DNA from: Candidatus Woesearchaeota archaeon
Lineage (GTDB): Archaea; Nanobdellota; Nanobdellia; SCGC-AAA011-G17; JAGVXY01
Direction of reading: 5' to 3'
DNA: 64,000 nucleotides
Assembly: GCA_018303545.1 (NCBI GenBank)
Contig: JAGVXY010000009.1
Location: forward strand, 24,350 to 88,349
The position numbers were made by a program, and so were the translations under genes. This document shows, piece after piece, positions 1-8,910 of the stretch. Under the pieces are notes generated by a model that made no database searches, was not told the origin of the DNA, and worked only from the letters and a program-made list of their open reading frames with translations. Numbering within the stretch: position 1 is the stretch's first letter; each line of letters starts with the position of its first letter.

Positions 1-897
1 CGAGGGCATAAGTTTTAAAGATAAAAATTTCAAATCCCCCATTCCTGTATTTGATATGCTTAACACAACTTTTCCACTTGACCCTTCTTGCTTAGCATCA
101 GAAGATTTTAAACTTAATATATACTCTGGATCTGCACCAACCAACACGCCGATGTAATTTGATCGAGAGTAATTAACTCCTGAAGCATCATAATAAGTTA
201 GGTAAATAGGCAGTCTGTATGCTTGAGATTCTGCATCAGCCATAACAAACAGGTCAAAAGTGATATTATATTTTGAATTAGCTTCTATTTTAGGAATATT
301 CTTTATCGCTGTTGATCCAACTGTAACCAAAGGAATTGATTCGTTGGTTAATCCTAAGGCTACATTTACATCACTCAAGAAAGTGCCTGCATTATTCCTC
401 AGCATTAAAGTTAATTTTCCCTTCGAGCCGGGATTTAATAATTCGGGTTCAGAAATTACCGATTCAATATTTAAAAAAGCATCCCTTGTTTTTAGCTCAA
501 TCTTCATATCTTTAACTACACTTATTCCCCCGTTGTATTTAACCTCAAAATTAAGATTATAAATTCCAGGCAGAGCATTCTCATCCGCTCGTATTCTAAA
601 ATTAAAAAACTGAGAGTTTCCTCCTTTAATATCCCCCAGTATAACTGTATCTGTGCCAACCACTGAGAAAGGATTGCCAGATAAAGCCTTAATGGAAACA
701 TCATTATAATCGAAATTAGAATCTTCATTAGTTAATTCCAGCCATATCGTGAATTGATCTCCTGCTTGCACTGGAGCAGGTTCATATCTTAGAACTTTAA
801 ATTTTAACTGTGAATCTGGAACGTAAACTGCAACAGCATTTACACCAATAACTATCAATAAAAATACAATTAAAGCAAAAATTATCCCCCTTTTCAT
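1..897 (-). CDS. Exported protein with an S-layer/CARDB-like domain (COG1361-like), partial; the C-terminus lies beyond the window start
   Basis: Absent from the ORF track because there is no in-window stop. The minus-strand ATG at 895-897 overlaps the TGA of the upstream ATPase gene (ATGA). Translation reads MKRGIIFALIVFLLIVIGVNAVAVYVPDSQLKFKVLRYEPAPVQAGDQFTIWLELTN..., a signal/TM segment followed by a beta-rich domain, with no stop back to position 1. This is a common partner of MacB-type ABC pairs. Confidence 0.45.
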   Translation of the reverse strand, partial: MKRGIIFALIVFLLIVIGVNAVAVYVPDSQLKFKVLRYEPAPVQAGDQFTIWLELTNEDSNFDYNDVSIKALSGNPFSVVGTDTVILGDIKGGNSQFFNFRIRADENALPGIYNLNFEVKYNGGISVVKDMKIELKTRDAFLNIESVISEPELLNPGSKGKLTLMLRNNAGTFLSDVNVALGLTNESIPLVTVGSTAIKNIPKIEANSKYNITFDLFVMADAESQAYRLPIYLTYYDASGVNYSRSNYIGVLVGADPEYILSLKSSDAKQEGSSGKVVLSISNTGMGDLKFLSLKLMPS

Positions 898-1586
898 CGC
901 TTTGCCTCTTCAATAACATTACCATCTTTTAGCTTTATAATCCTTTCGGCTCTGTTCCCTATTGTTTGATCATGTGTTACTAAAATTATGGTCCTTTTTT
1001 CTTCCTTATGCAAGGTATCTAATAATGCTAAAACTTCTTGCCCTGTTTTTGAATCTAAATTTCCTGTAGGTTCATCTGCCAAAAGTACTTCTGGATCATT
1101 TACTAAAGCTCTTGCTATCGCAACCCTTTGTCTTTCACCGCCAGATAATTCTGAAGGTTTATGATAAAGTCTGTGACCCAAACCAACCTTTATCAAAAGT
1201 TCTCTTGCTCTTGCAAGCCGCCTTATATTTGATATTCCCTGAAACACTAAAGGCAATTCAACATTTTCTATTGCACTTAAACTAGGAATTAAATTAAAAA
1301 CTTGGAAGATATAGCCTATTTTTCTTCCTCTCAATCTTGCTAAGTCTGATTCTTCCAGTTTTGAAATATCTTTTCCATCAAGAAAGACTTGTCCTCTTGT
1401 AGGTATATCCAAAGAACCAATCATATTGAGGCAGGTAGACTTTCCGGAACCAGATGCACCCATAACAGAAACAAATTCTCCTGAATAAATCTTTATATTA
1501 ACTCCACGTAAAGCTGGAACTTCAACTTCATCCATCTTATAAATTTTCCATACATCTTTTAATTCAATAACTACTTTTTTAGGCAT
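894..1586 (-). CDS. ABC transporter ATP-binding protein (MacB/LolD-like)
   Basis: Walker A GASGSGKST, ABC signature LSGGERQRVAIARAL, Walker B LLADEPTGNLD, H-loop VTHD. Confidence 0.9.
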   Translation of the reverse strand: MPKKVVIELKDVWKIYKMDEVEVPALRGVNIKIYSGEFVSVMGASGSGKSTCLNMIGSLDIPTRGQVFLDGKDISKLEESDLARLRGRKIGYIFQVFNLIPSLSAIENVELPLVFQGISNIRRLARARELLIKVGLGHRLYHKPSELSGGERQRVAIARALVNDPEVLLADEPTGNLDSKTGQEVLALLDTLHKEEKRTIILVTHDQTIGNRAERIIKLKDGNVIEEAKR

Positions 1587-1638
1587 ATAAGAGAAAAAGA
1601 CAAGCCATATTTAAAAAATTAACTATAAAATAAAAAAA

Positions 1639-2265
1639 TTATGGGAAATAAACAACTTTTTTCTTGCTAGAGTATTTGTATATCCCTAAAAGAGCAATCA
1701 ATGCAATCAATATGCCTATGATATAACGGGCATATTGCCTTATATCCAATGTTTTAACTTTTGCATAATCAACAACACCTGCACCAGTAAGCTCTACAGA
1801 ATCGATTATTTCTTTATCTTCATCCAAATATTTCTTCTCATCAGGTGCTCTTTCTTCAGCAGTTAAATCCCTAATGGCAATAGTTGCCCTGCTCATATTT
1901 TCAATTTTCTTAACAGAAATTACATCTATGACGATATCATCAACCATGTCTCTATTAACATCCACCCTTAAGACTTCACCTTCAAGCGCAATAGACATAT
2001 ATGCAACAGGGTATCTTTTATCAGAATCGTCAGCAAAAGAAAATAGTTTAAAATCAATCCCTGGTTTGCTTCCTTCTGTTCTAATCTTATCTATTCCCAG
2101 AACGTGTGTCCCATCAAAAATATTGTGCAATTTTATTTCATCTTTTTCGCCCATTTCAAAGAACTGGACATTATTAAAAGAATCAGTTACGTCTATTCTT
2201 TCTGCAGCATAAACTACAGAACTTAACATAGCCAATACCATTAAAAACATTAAAATTTTTCTCAT
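1639..2265 (-). CDS. Secreted hypothetical protein with N-terminal signal peptide and C-terminal TM anchor
   Basis: The likely start is the internal Met (MRKILMFLMVLAMLSSVVYA), preceded by GGAGGGG. The C-terminal hydrophobic stretch is IIGILIALIALLGIY followed by KK. It lies in an operon with the ABC ATPase. Confidence 0.5.
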   Translation of the reverse strand: MRKILMFLMVLAMLSSVVYAAERIDVTDSFNNVQFFEMGEKDEIKLHNIFDGTHVLGIDKIRTEGSKPGIDFKLFSFADDSDKRYPVAYMSIALEGEVLRVDVNRDMVDDIVIDVISVKKIENMSRATIAIRDLTAEERAPDEKKYLDEDKEIIDSVELTGAGVVDYAKVKTLDIRQYARYIIGILIALIALLGIYKYSSKKKVVYFP

Positions 2266-2335
2266 GTAATCCCCTCCATAAATTTGATTGAACTCTTGAT
2301 TGTCTAGCTTTTTATAAAGATTTCTGTTTTTCGAA

Positions 2336-2385
2336 GCAATTATTCGAAAATCTTCCGGAAATAGCTTAAAAAGGCTTAAAAAACC
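2336..2385. promoter_or_regulatory. 50-bp conserved promoter/operator element, copy 1 (TTCCGGAA palindrome plus BRE/TATA-like aaaaggcttaaaaaa)
   Basis: 49/50 identical to 3669-3718. Both copies end exactly 20 nt before the first ATG of a + strand gene. Confidence 0.5.
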
Positions 2386-2543
2386 CAAAATTCAAGCATA
2401 AAAAGATGATAAATTGGAATATACATCTGCTGATTATTGTTTCACTTACGCTCTCCGTTTTCGTGGTTCCATTATGCATCCAAAGCGAAAGTTTTATAAA
2501 TAACCAATATTTAGGTTTATATGAACCAATAAAGTGGTTAAAT

Positions 2544-3164
2544 ATGATTACCGAAAAACAGCTAAAACTATTTGAAGTGTTTGCAAAAAAACCGTTTGCA
2601 GAACATATGCGGAAAGAGATAAAGAAAGAATCAAAAGAAAAATCAAACAACAAATTAGCATTGGTTATAAATCAATTAAAAAAAGAAAACGTGTTAATAG
2701 AGAGAAAAATTGGAAAATCTGGGCTTTTGACTCTTAATCTTGAAAATGATTTGACCTTTTATTATCTTGCCTTATCCAATGACAATCGGATTAATCGCCT
2801 TGCAAAGATTGCCTTAGAAAGTCTGAAAAAAGAAATTGCTGAAGATACACCTTTCTATTCAATTGTGATTTTTGGATCTTATGCGGCAAATGAGCAGAAA
2901 AAAGGTTCAGATTTGGACATAGCAATATTTATTGAAAATGAGGGAAAAAGAAAACAGATAGAAGCATCAGCAAATAGTGCCAAATTAAAAAGTATTCTTG
3001 AAATGGATGTTCATATTATACCAAAAGCAGAAATGCTTGATATGCTAACCAATAAAGAAGAAAATTTAGGCAAGCAGATAGCACGAAAACACTTGGCCGT
3101 TCATAATCAGGGGATATTTTACAATATAATCAAAGAGGGAATGAATCATGGATTCCGAATATAA
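2544..3164 (+). CDS. wHTH-fused minimal nucleotidyltransferase (MNT; HepT/MntA-type antitoxin-like)
   Basis: Pol-beta NTase motif IVIFGSYAANEQKKGSDLDIAIF. The N-terminal winged-helix begins at the internal Met 2544 (MITEKQLKLFEVFAKKP). The ORF-track start at 2406 adds an implausible hydrophobic extension. It overlaps the downstream HEPN gene by 17 bp. Confidence 0.75.
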   Translation: MITEKQLKLFEVFAKKPFAEHMRKEIKKESKEKSNNKLALVINQLKKENVLIERKIGKSGLLTLNLENDLTFYYLALSNDNRINRLAKIALESLKKEIAEDTPFYSIVIFGSYAANEQKKGSDLDIAIFIENEGKRKQIEASANSAKLKSILEMDVHIIPKAEMLDMLTNKEENLGKQIARKHLAVHNQGIFYNIIKEGMNHGFRI

Positions 3165-3636
3165 AATTTATCTTGCAAGAGCTCAAAACGAATTAAACTT
3201 GTCAACTATGATTCAAAAAATAAGTGATGATAAAAATATGCAGATTGAAATCTTCGGAGTGAAAGAAGACACTTATTATAGTGCAACAACCTCTCATGCA
3301 TACTATTCAATATTCTACGCCGCAAAAGCATATCTTTTGCTAAAAGGGATTAAAACGCAGGCACCTGAAGAGCATAAGAAAACGTTTGATGAGTTTTCAA
3401 AGCTTGTTGATAAAGGCATAGTTGATGTTGAATTGCTGAAGATTTATCAGAACATGATAGTTAAAGCAGATACACTCTTGCACATTTTTGAATTTGAGAA
3501 AAGCAAGCGGGGGAAGTTTACTTACAAAAGAATACCGCAGGCAAACCAAGAGCCAGCGCAAGAAAGTATCGAGAACGCGCAAATATTTTTTAACAATATA
3601 TTCAGATTATGCGAAAAGACTAAGGAAGATTCCTAA
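3148..3636 (+). CDS. HEPN domain protein (toxin partner of MNT)
   Basis: Archaeal HEPN signature AYYSIFYAAKAYLLLKGIKTQAPEEHKKTFDEF. Translationally coupled to the upstream MNT. Confidence 0.7.
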   Translation: MDSEYKIYLARAQNELNLSTMIQKISDDKNMQIEIFGVKEDTYYSATTSHAYYSIFYAAKAYLLLKGIKTQAPEEHKKTFDEFSKLVDKGIVDVELLKIYQNMIVKADTLLHIFEFEKSKRGKFTYKRIPQANQEPAQESIENAQIFFNNIFRLCEKTKEDS

Positions 3637-3668
3637 ACCTTTGGTCGTAGTCTAAACTTTCTTTTTAG

Positions 3669-3718
3669 GCAATTATTCGAAAATCTTCCGGAAATAGCTC
3701 AAAAAGGCTTAAAAAACC
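3669..3718. promoter_or_regulatory. 50-bp conserved promoter/operator element, copy 2
   Basis: See copy 1. It lies 20 nt upstream of the PLD gene ATG at 3739. Confidence 0.5.
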
Positions 3719-3738
3719 AGTAATTTTAGCACAAGAAT

Positions 3739-4728
3739 ATGGTAAATTTCAATAAAACTATCTTAATTACTGCATTAATTGCGTTCTCTATTTTAATAGT
3801 ATTGCTCAACACCGGAGAACCAGTGCTAACTTCAAAAACAATAATTCAAGAAAAACCTGTAATAAAGGAATATGGCCCTGAAATAAAAGTCTATTTCTGT
3901 CAGATGGAAAACTGTAGTTTGAAATTAATAGAATATATTAAAAACGCAACTACAATTCATTGCGCATTTTTTGATTTAGACAATAAACCCATAATAAATG
4001 CATTATTAAATAAAAAAGATGTTAAAATTGTTCTTGATGATACAAGCAAAACAACTTATCCTTATGCAAGAACAGATAATCAAAATCAATTAAGTCATAA
4101 TAAATTTTGCGTTTTCGATTCTTCAATCATCTGGACTGGCAGCCAGAATCCAACAGATCGCTGTACTTATCTCAATGATAATAATGCAATAGTAATAGAA
4201 TCAAAAACTTTGGCAAAAAATTATGAGGCTGAATTCGTAGAGCTTTGGAATGGAATTTACGGCAGAGGTTACGAAATAAGCAACCCAATCATTTATTTTA
4301 ATGATAAAAAAATAGAAAATTATTTCTGTCCTGAAGATGATTGCAAAAAGCAGGTCTTAAAAACCTTAAACAGCGCATCAGAATCAATTTATATTCTAGC
4401 TTTCAGTCTTACATTAGATGAAATAGGTGATTTGTTAATAAAAAAACAATCTGACTTGGATATAAAGGGGGTCTTTGAAAGAACTCAAGTAAATAAGTAT
4501 CATGAATTTTATAAGCTGAATGATTCAAATATCTCGGTTAAGTGGGATTCAAATAAATATAACATGCACCACAAAGTTTTCATAATAGACAAAAAAATAG
4601 TTCTTACAGGTTCTGCTAATCCTACGCAAGGGGGCTATGAAAAGAACGATGAAAATATTTTGATAATTCATGATGAAACTATTGCAAATTATTACCTGAG
4701 AGAGTTTAATCGTATCTGGAACAGGTAA
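3739..4728 (+). CDS. Phospholipase D superfamily protein with two HKD motifs, N-terminal signal/TM
   Basis: Motifs HNKFCVFDSSIIWTGSQNPT and HHKVFIIDKKIVLTGSANPT, each HxKx4Dx6GSxN. N-terminal hydrophobic segment ILITALIAFSILIVLL. Confidence 0.8.
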   Translation: MVNFNKTILITALIAFSILIVLLNTGEPVLTSKTIIQEKPVIKEYGPEIKVYFCQMENCSLKLIEYIKNATTIHCAFFDLDNKPIINALLNKKDVKIVLDDTSKTTYPYARTDNQNQLSHNKFCVFDSSIIWTGSQNPTDRCTYLNDNNAIVIESKTLAKNYEAEFVELWNGIYGRGYEISNPIIYFNDKKIENYFCPEDDCKKQVLKTLNSASESIYILAFSLTLDEIGDLLIKKQSDLDIKGVFERTQVNKYHEFYKLNDSNISVKWDSNKYNMHHKVFIIDKKIVLTGSANPTQGGYEKNDENILIIHDETIANYYLREFNRIWNR

Positions 4729-4761
4729 AGTATATAAATAAAATTAGATTCTTGAAGCAAT

Positions 4762-6531
4762 ATGTCACGTATAGCAATAGTAAATAAGGATAAATGTAAT
4801 CCGGTAAACTGCGGCAACCATTTTTGCATGCGTATCTGCCCCAGGAACATGCTTGGAGAGGAGTGCATAGTTAAGGGACCAGACTCAAAACCAATAATTG
4901 ACGAAGTTCTCTGTACCGGCTGTGGCATATGCACACATCGTTGTATTTTCGAAGCAATAAGAATAATAAATCTCCCGGAGGCATTAAAAGAAAATCCGGT
5001 CCATCGTTTTGGTGCCAATGCATTCGAATTATTTCATTTGCCGATTCCTAAAAAAGGCAAAGTTGTAGGAATCATAGGAAGAAATGGTATAGGAAAATCT
5101 ACTGCTTTCAATATTCTTTCAGGAAAAGTTATTCCCAATTTAGGCAATTATAATAAGGAACCATCGAAAGAAGAAATTATTGCAAAATATTCAACAACTC
5201 AATTAGGGGATTATTTTAGGCAATTATATGCAAATAAAATAGTTGTTTCATACAAACCTCAGAGAATAGAATTATTACCAAAAGTATACTCAGGAAAGGT
5301 CGGAGCACTATTAAAGAAAATAGATGAAAGAAAAATTTCAGAAAAATTAATGAAAGAATTAGAATTGGAAAACTTAAAAGACCGTGAATTAAGTCAGCTT
5401 TCAGGCGGTGAATTGCAAAAGGTCGCAATAATCGCAGCAGCTTCAAAAAAAGCAGATGTTTACTATTTTGATGAGCCGGCTTCATTTTTAGACGTTACTG
5501 CAAGAATTAAAGTTGCAAAATTAATTCGAGATTTGGCAGAAGATTCAGCAGTTTTAGTAGTTGAGCATGATTTAGCAACAATAGATTATATCAGCGATGA
5601 AATTCAGATCGTTTATGGTCAAGCTGGCGCTTATGGAGTTATATCCAACTCCCAAGGTGTAAGTCGTGGAATAAATGAATATTTAGACGGCTTCATAACC
5701 AGTGATAATGTTCGTTTTAGAGACTATTCGATAGTTTTTGGTAAATATAACGTAGAAAAAAGAAGGCATGAAATTTTATTCGAACTCCCCGAATTTGAAA
5801 AATCATTCGGTGATTTTAAATTAAAAACAATCAAAGGTGAAATCATTAAAGGCGAAGTTATGACTATCATGGGTGCAAACGGCTTAGGAAAAACAACTTT
5901 CCTCAAATTATTAGCAGGAGAAATAAAACCAGATAAAGGTTTAGTGAAAGAAAAAATAAAGATCGCTTACAAGGTGCAATATCCTACATCGGATGTTGAA
6001 GGCACAGTGCAAATGTGGCTTTTAAAATCCGCAAGAGAATTATTCAATTCCGGTTGGTACAAGCAGAACATTCTGGAAAAATTAGGATTAAATAAATTAT
6101 TAGACAATGAAATAAAGCATCTTTCGGGCGGTGAATTGCAGAAAGTTTACATTGCAGTTACTTTATCGCAAGATGCAGATATTTATGCTTTTGATGAGCC
6201 TTCAGCATTCATTGATGTCGAAGATCGTTTAAAAGTTGCAGAAGTAATAAAAGAATTCATAATCAAAAAAGACAAAGCTGCAATAGTAGTAGACCATGAT
6301 GTTCAGTTCATAGATTACATTTCAGATTCTATGCTTGTTTTCGAAGGCGTTCCTGGAAAGCACGGCAAAGTTGAAGGTCCCTTGAGCAAAACAGATGGCA
6401 TGAACAAAGTTTTAAAAATGTTAGATATAACTTATAGAGTAGATAAAGAAAACAACCGTCCAAGAATCAACAAGCACAATTCAGCGTTAGATAAAACGCA
6501 AAAGAAAGAAAATAAGTATTATCGCAGTTAA
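4762..6531 (+). CDS. abcE1: ABCE1 / RNase L inhibitor (ribosome recycling ATPase)
   Basis: N-terminal 4Fe-4S cysteine clusters (CNPVNCGNHFCMRICP, CTGCGICTHRC), then two ABC domains with GRNGIGKST/GANGLGKTT, LSGGELQKV x2 and Walker B. Confidence 0.95.
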   Translation: MSRIAIVNKDKCNPVNCGNHFCMRICPRNMLGEECIVKGPDSKPIIDEVLCTGCGICTHRCIFEAIRIINLPEALKENPVHRFGANAFELFHLPIPKKGKVVGIIGRNGIGKSTAFNILSGKVIPNLGNYNKEPSKEEIIAKYSTTQLGDYFRQLYANKIVVSYKPQRIELLPKVYSGKVGALLKKIDERKISEKLMKELELENLKDRELSQLSGGELQKVAIIAAASKKADVYYFDEPASFLDVTARIKVAKLIRDLAEDSAVLVVEHDLATIDYISDEIQIVYGQAGAYGVISNSQGVSRGINEYLDGFITSDNVRFRDYSIVFGKYNVEKRRHEILFELPEFEKSFGDFKLKTIKGEIIKGEVMTIMGANGLGKTTFLKLLAGEIKPDKGLVKEKIKIAYKVQYPTSDVEGTVQMWLLKSARELFNSGWYKQNILEKLGLNKLLDNEIKHLSGGELQKVYIAVTLSQDADIYAFDEPSAFIDVEDRLKVAEVIKEFIIKKDKAAIVVDHDVQFIDYISDSMLVFEGVPGKHGKVEGPLSKTDGMNKVLKMLDITYRVDKENNRPRINKHNSALDKTQKKENKYYRS

Positions 6532-6541
6532 TTAAATAAAA

Positions 6542-7216
6542 TCAGTGTCCATTAATTCTATAATGTTTTTCGCATCTTCCCTGATAAGAAACATTTTCAT
6601 TATTTTTAATATCTGCGCCAACAGAGACTAAAGGAGAATTGTAAGGTGCAGGATTTCCATCAATAAGCTTCTGTGTATAAATTGCAGTTGGCACACCATC
6701 ATGCCCGCATATACTGCCATTCTTAAATTCATACATGCAAAGTGCCCTTCTCGAAATATTGAATCCTATTACCATCAAATCTCCCATATGCTTATCTGAA
6801 AAGACAATAGGCTCCTCACCCAAATGTTTAGAATCTCTAAAGGGAAAAGGCTCTCCCCTAAAACTCATATTCAAACCCGCAACAATAATCAGTTTATCAC
6901 GTCTAAACTCATAGCAAAAATCTACTATTTTTTCATCAAAGAATTGTATTTCATCAATGCCAATAATATCTGGTTTTTGCTCACCTACGATTTTGTATAA
7001 TTCGTCCGTGCTAGGTACTACAATCGCAGGTCTTTTATGCGCATTATGCGATGAAACATCAATTGCAGAATATTTTTCATCAAGTTCAGATCGATTATCA
7101 AGAGTAGGCTTAAATAATAAAATACGTTTTTTAGTTATATCCAATCTATCCAATCGGTCAAGTAATTCTCCTGTTTTACCGGAAAACATACATCCCGTAA
7201 TAAGTTCAAGCGCCAT
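6542..7216 (-). CDS. tdk: Thymidine kinase
   Basis: ITGCMFSGKTGELL P-loop and C-terminal Cys/His zinc ribbon (CGHDG...C..H). The likely start is the internal Met at 7216 (MALELITG). Confidence 0.9.
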   Translation of the reverse strand: MALELITGCMFSGKTGELLDRLDRLDITKKRILLFKPTLDNRSELDEKYSAIDVSSHNAHKRPAIVVPSTDELYKIVGEQKPDIIGIDEIQFFDEKIVDFCYEFRRDKLIIVAGLNMSFRGEPFPFRDSKHLGEEPIVFSDKHMGDLMVIGFNISRRALCMYEFKNGSICGHDGVPTAIYTQKLIDGNPAPYNSPLVSVGADIKNNENVSYQGRCEKHYRINGH

Positions 7217-7340
7217 TTCAACAACCAAAGAGTTATCCGATATAAAAATACTTTCAAATTCAATTAAATACATCCGATAATATATATTCAACTAAAAAAA
7301 TACAAAAATTTATATAAAGTCAGCTATCTCTCCCAAAATT

Positions 7341-8528
7341 ATGGCCCGTAAAGTCTCAATTTGCATTGATGGAGTTCCCTTTAGGACTATAATAGATCTG
7401 CAAAAACAGGGGTATTTCCAAGAGTTTAAAGCGCCAAATAGGGTTATCTCAGCATATCCTAGTTTGACAAGGCCAAACCATTCTGTATTTCACAATTATA
7501 AGAAGCCAAAATGTTACGAATCTATTGGTTTTCAAAAGCGCAAGAACCTTCCGTACTATATTATAATAGATAAGGATTTCAGAAAAAAGAAGACTTTTGA
7601 ATCTCTTTACACCACAGTCGGAAAGACAAGAGACAAAATTAGGGCTTTCACAAAATCATATTTCAGCCCAAACCATAAAAAACTATTTAAAAAACTTGAG
7701 GCTCAATTAGAACGCTACATTTTAGGCAATTATAGCAACAATATCTGGGTTATTACTTATGATCAAATAACACATAGATATGGCACAGAACGCACAAAAA
7801 GAGAATTAAAAAGTCTCTCGAAATTATTTTCTCGTATAATCCATGAGCATCCTGAATTAGAAATCTCTTTATGGTCCGATCATGGGGCAATAAACTGTAC
7901 TCATTTCATTGACTTAAAGCGCAAATTCAAGGATTATGGTTTCAGTGTTCACAATAGATTGTGGAAAGAAAAATCAGTCATCCTCTCTGCTCCAGGTATA
8001 ACTAATTTTATCCCCTTATTTCACACTCCTTCGTATAGCAAAGAGATTCACGCAATATTGGACAAAATAGATGAAATTAGCTTCTTTGTTTATCATGAAA
8101 AAGAAGACATAATCATTAGAAAAAATAAATTAACAGCTAGAATCACAAAAAGGGAAAATAAATTTAAATATGAAGTTTTAACAGGAGACCCTCTAAATTA
8201 TTCTGAAATAATAAATAATCTTGAAAAAGATCAAAATGGATTTATATCCAATGATTTATTATTTATAAATACAACAAATCATAAATATCCCGATGCATTG
8301 CATCGCATATATAATGCATTTCGTATAGTTGAAAATCCCGGTGATGTTTTGATAGATTTAGAGGAAGGATTTTTCTTCGGGAAAAAAATTTTCAGGAAAG
8401 GGGGCAAAGGCACCCATGGCAGTTTATCAAATAATTGTTCAGAATGTTTTTATATGGATCTTAATCAAGAAAGAGATACCTCAAAAGTTTTAAGAATTGA
8501 AGAAGTTTCTGAACATTTCAATGTCTGA
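7341..8528 (+). CDS. Alkaline-phosphatase-superfamily protein, type I phosphodiesterase / nucleotide pyrophosphatase-like
   Basis: N-terminal metal site ICIDGVPFRT and nucleophile motif PSLTRPNHSVF, compared with NPP DGFR and TKTFPNH. Confidence 0.6.
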   Translation: MARKVSICIDGVPFRTIIDLQKQGYFQEFKAPNRVISAYPSLTRPNHSVFHNYKKPKCYESIGFQKRKNLPYYIIIDKDFRKKKTFESLYTTVGKTRDKIRAFTKSYFSPNHKKLFKKLEAQLERYILGNYSNNIWVITYDQITHRYGTERTKRELKSLSKLFSRIIHEHPELEISLWSDHGAINCTHFIDLKRKFKDYGFSVHNRLWKEKSVILSAPGITNFIPLFHTPSYSKEIHAILDKIDEISFFVYHEKEDIIIRKNKLTARITKRENKFKYEVLTGDPLNYSEIINNLEKDQNGFISNDLLFINTTNHKYPDALHRIYNAFRIVENPGDVLIDLEEGFFFGKKIFRKGGKGTHGSLSNNCSECFYMDLNQERDTSKVLRIEEVSEHFNV

Positions 8529-8667
8529 ATTCTTTTCTATTAAGTGGCATAAACAGCCTTATTATTCAAAATATATGATTTAAATGAGAAATTTTTATAA
8601 ACAGCCATTAAATAATAGATTAGAACATAATTTTATATCATTTACAATAAAAGGGGGATGAATAAAA

Positions 8668-8910
8668 ATGAATACATTCATAGGATTTATACTTGCTCAC
8701 AAAGTGGCTTCAGTCATTGCAGCCATTGTGATAATTGTCGCATTGTATGTTTACTTCAGAGAATCTCCGAATAAGCATATGAGAAAAGCAATAAATTATC
8801 ATAAGAAAGGTGAGATTTATTACAATAAGGGAGACATAGCGTCAGCTGAGGATTTTTACGGCGCAGCTGAATATCATAGAGAAAAATCAACAGAATTAAG
8901 AGAGGCATGA
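8668..8910 (+). CDS. Small membrane protein (N-terminal TM), first gene of a three-gene operon
   Basis: SD-like AAGGGGGATG upstream. TM segment VASVIAAIVIIVALYVYF. The stop overlaps the ATG of the next gene (TGATGA). Confidence 0.4.
   Translation: MNTFIGFILAHKVASVIAAIVIIVALYVYFRESPNKHMRKAINYHKKGEIYYNKGDIASAEDFYGAAEYHREKSTELREA

Noticed and set aside
260-728. ORF-track ORFs 260..562 (+) and 522..728 (-)
   Set aside because: They fall inside, or out of frame with, the long minus-strand COG1361-like gene (1..897) that I translated without stops. They have low-complexity composition and no motifs.
2406-2543. N-terminal 46-aa extension of the MNT ORF as listed in the ORF track
   Set aside because: The extension (MINWNIHLLIIVSLTLSVFVVPLCIQ...) is hydrophobic junk, unlike the N-termini of the two paralogous wHTH-MNT proteins. 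The internal Met at 2544 gives a clean wHTH start. The alternative that 2406 is the transcription start is kept as a note in the findings.
1874-2653. ORFs 1874..2212 (+) and 2366..2653 (-)
   Set aside because: The first is antisense to, or overlaps, the secreted-protein gene. The second is antisense to the MNT gene's 5' region. They are hydrophobic, low-complexity translations typical of AT-rich antisense frames.
4692-5906. ORFs 4692..5018, 5216..5485 and 5724..5906 (minus strand)
   Set aside because: Antisense within the ABCE1 gene, whose identity is unambiguous.
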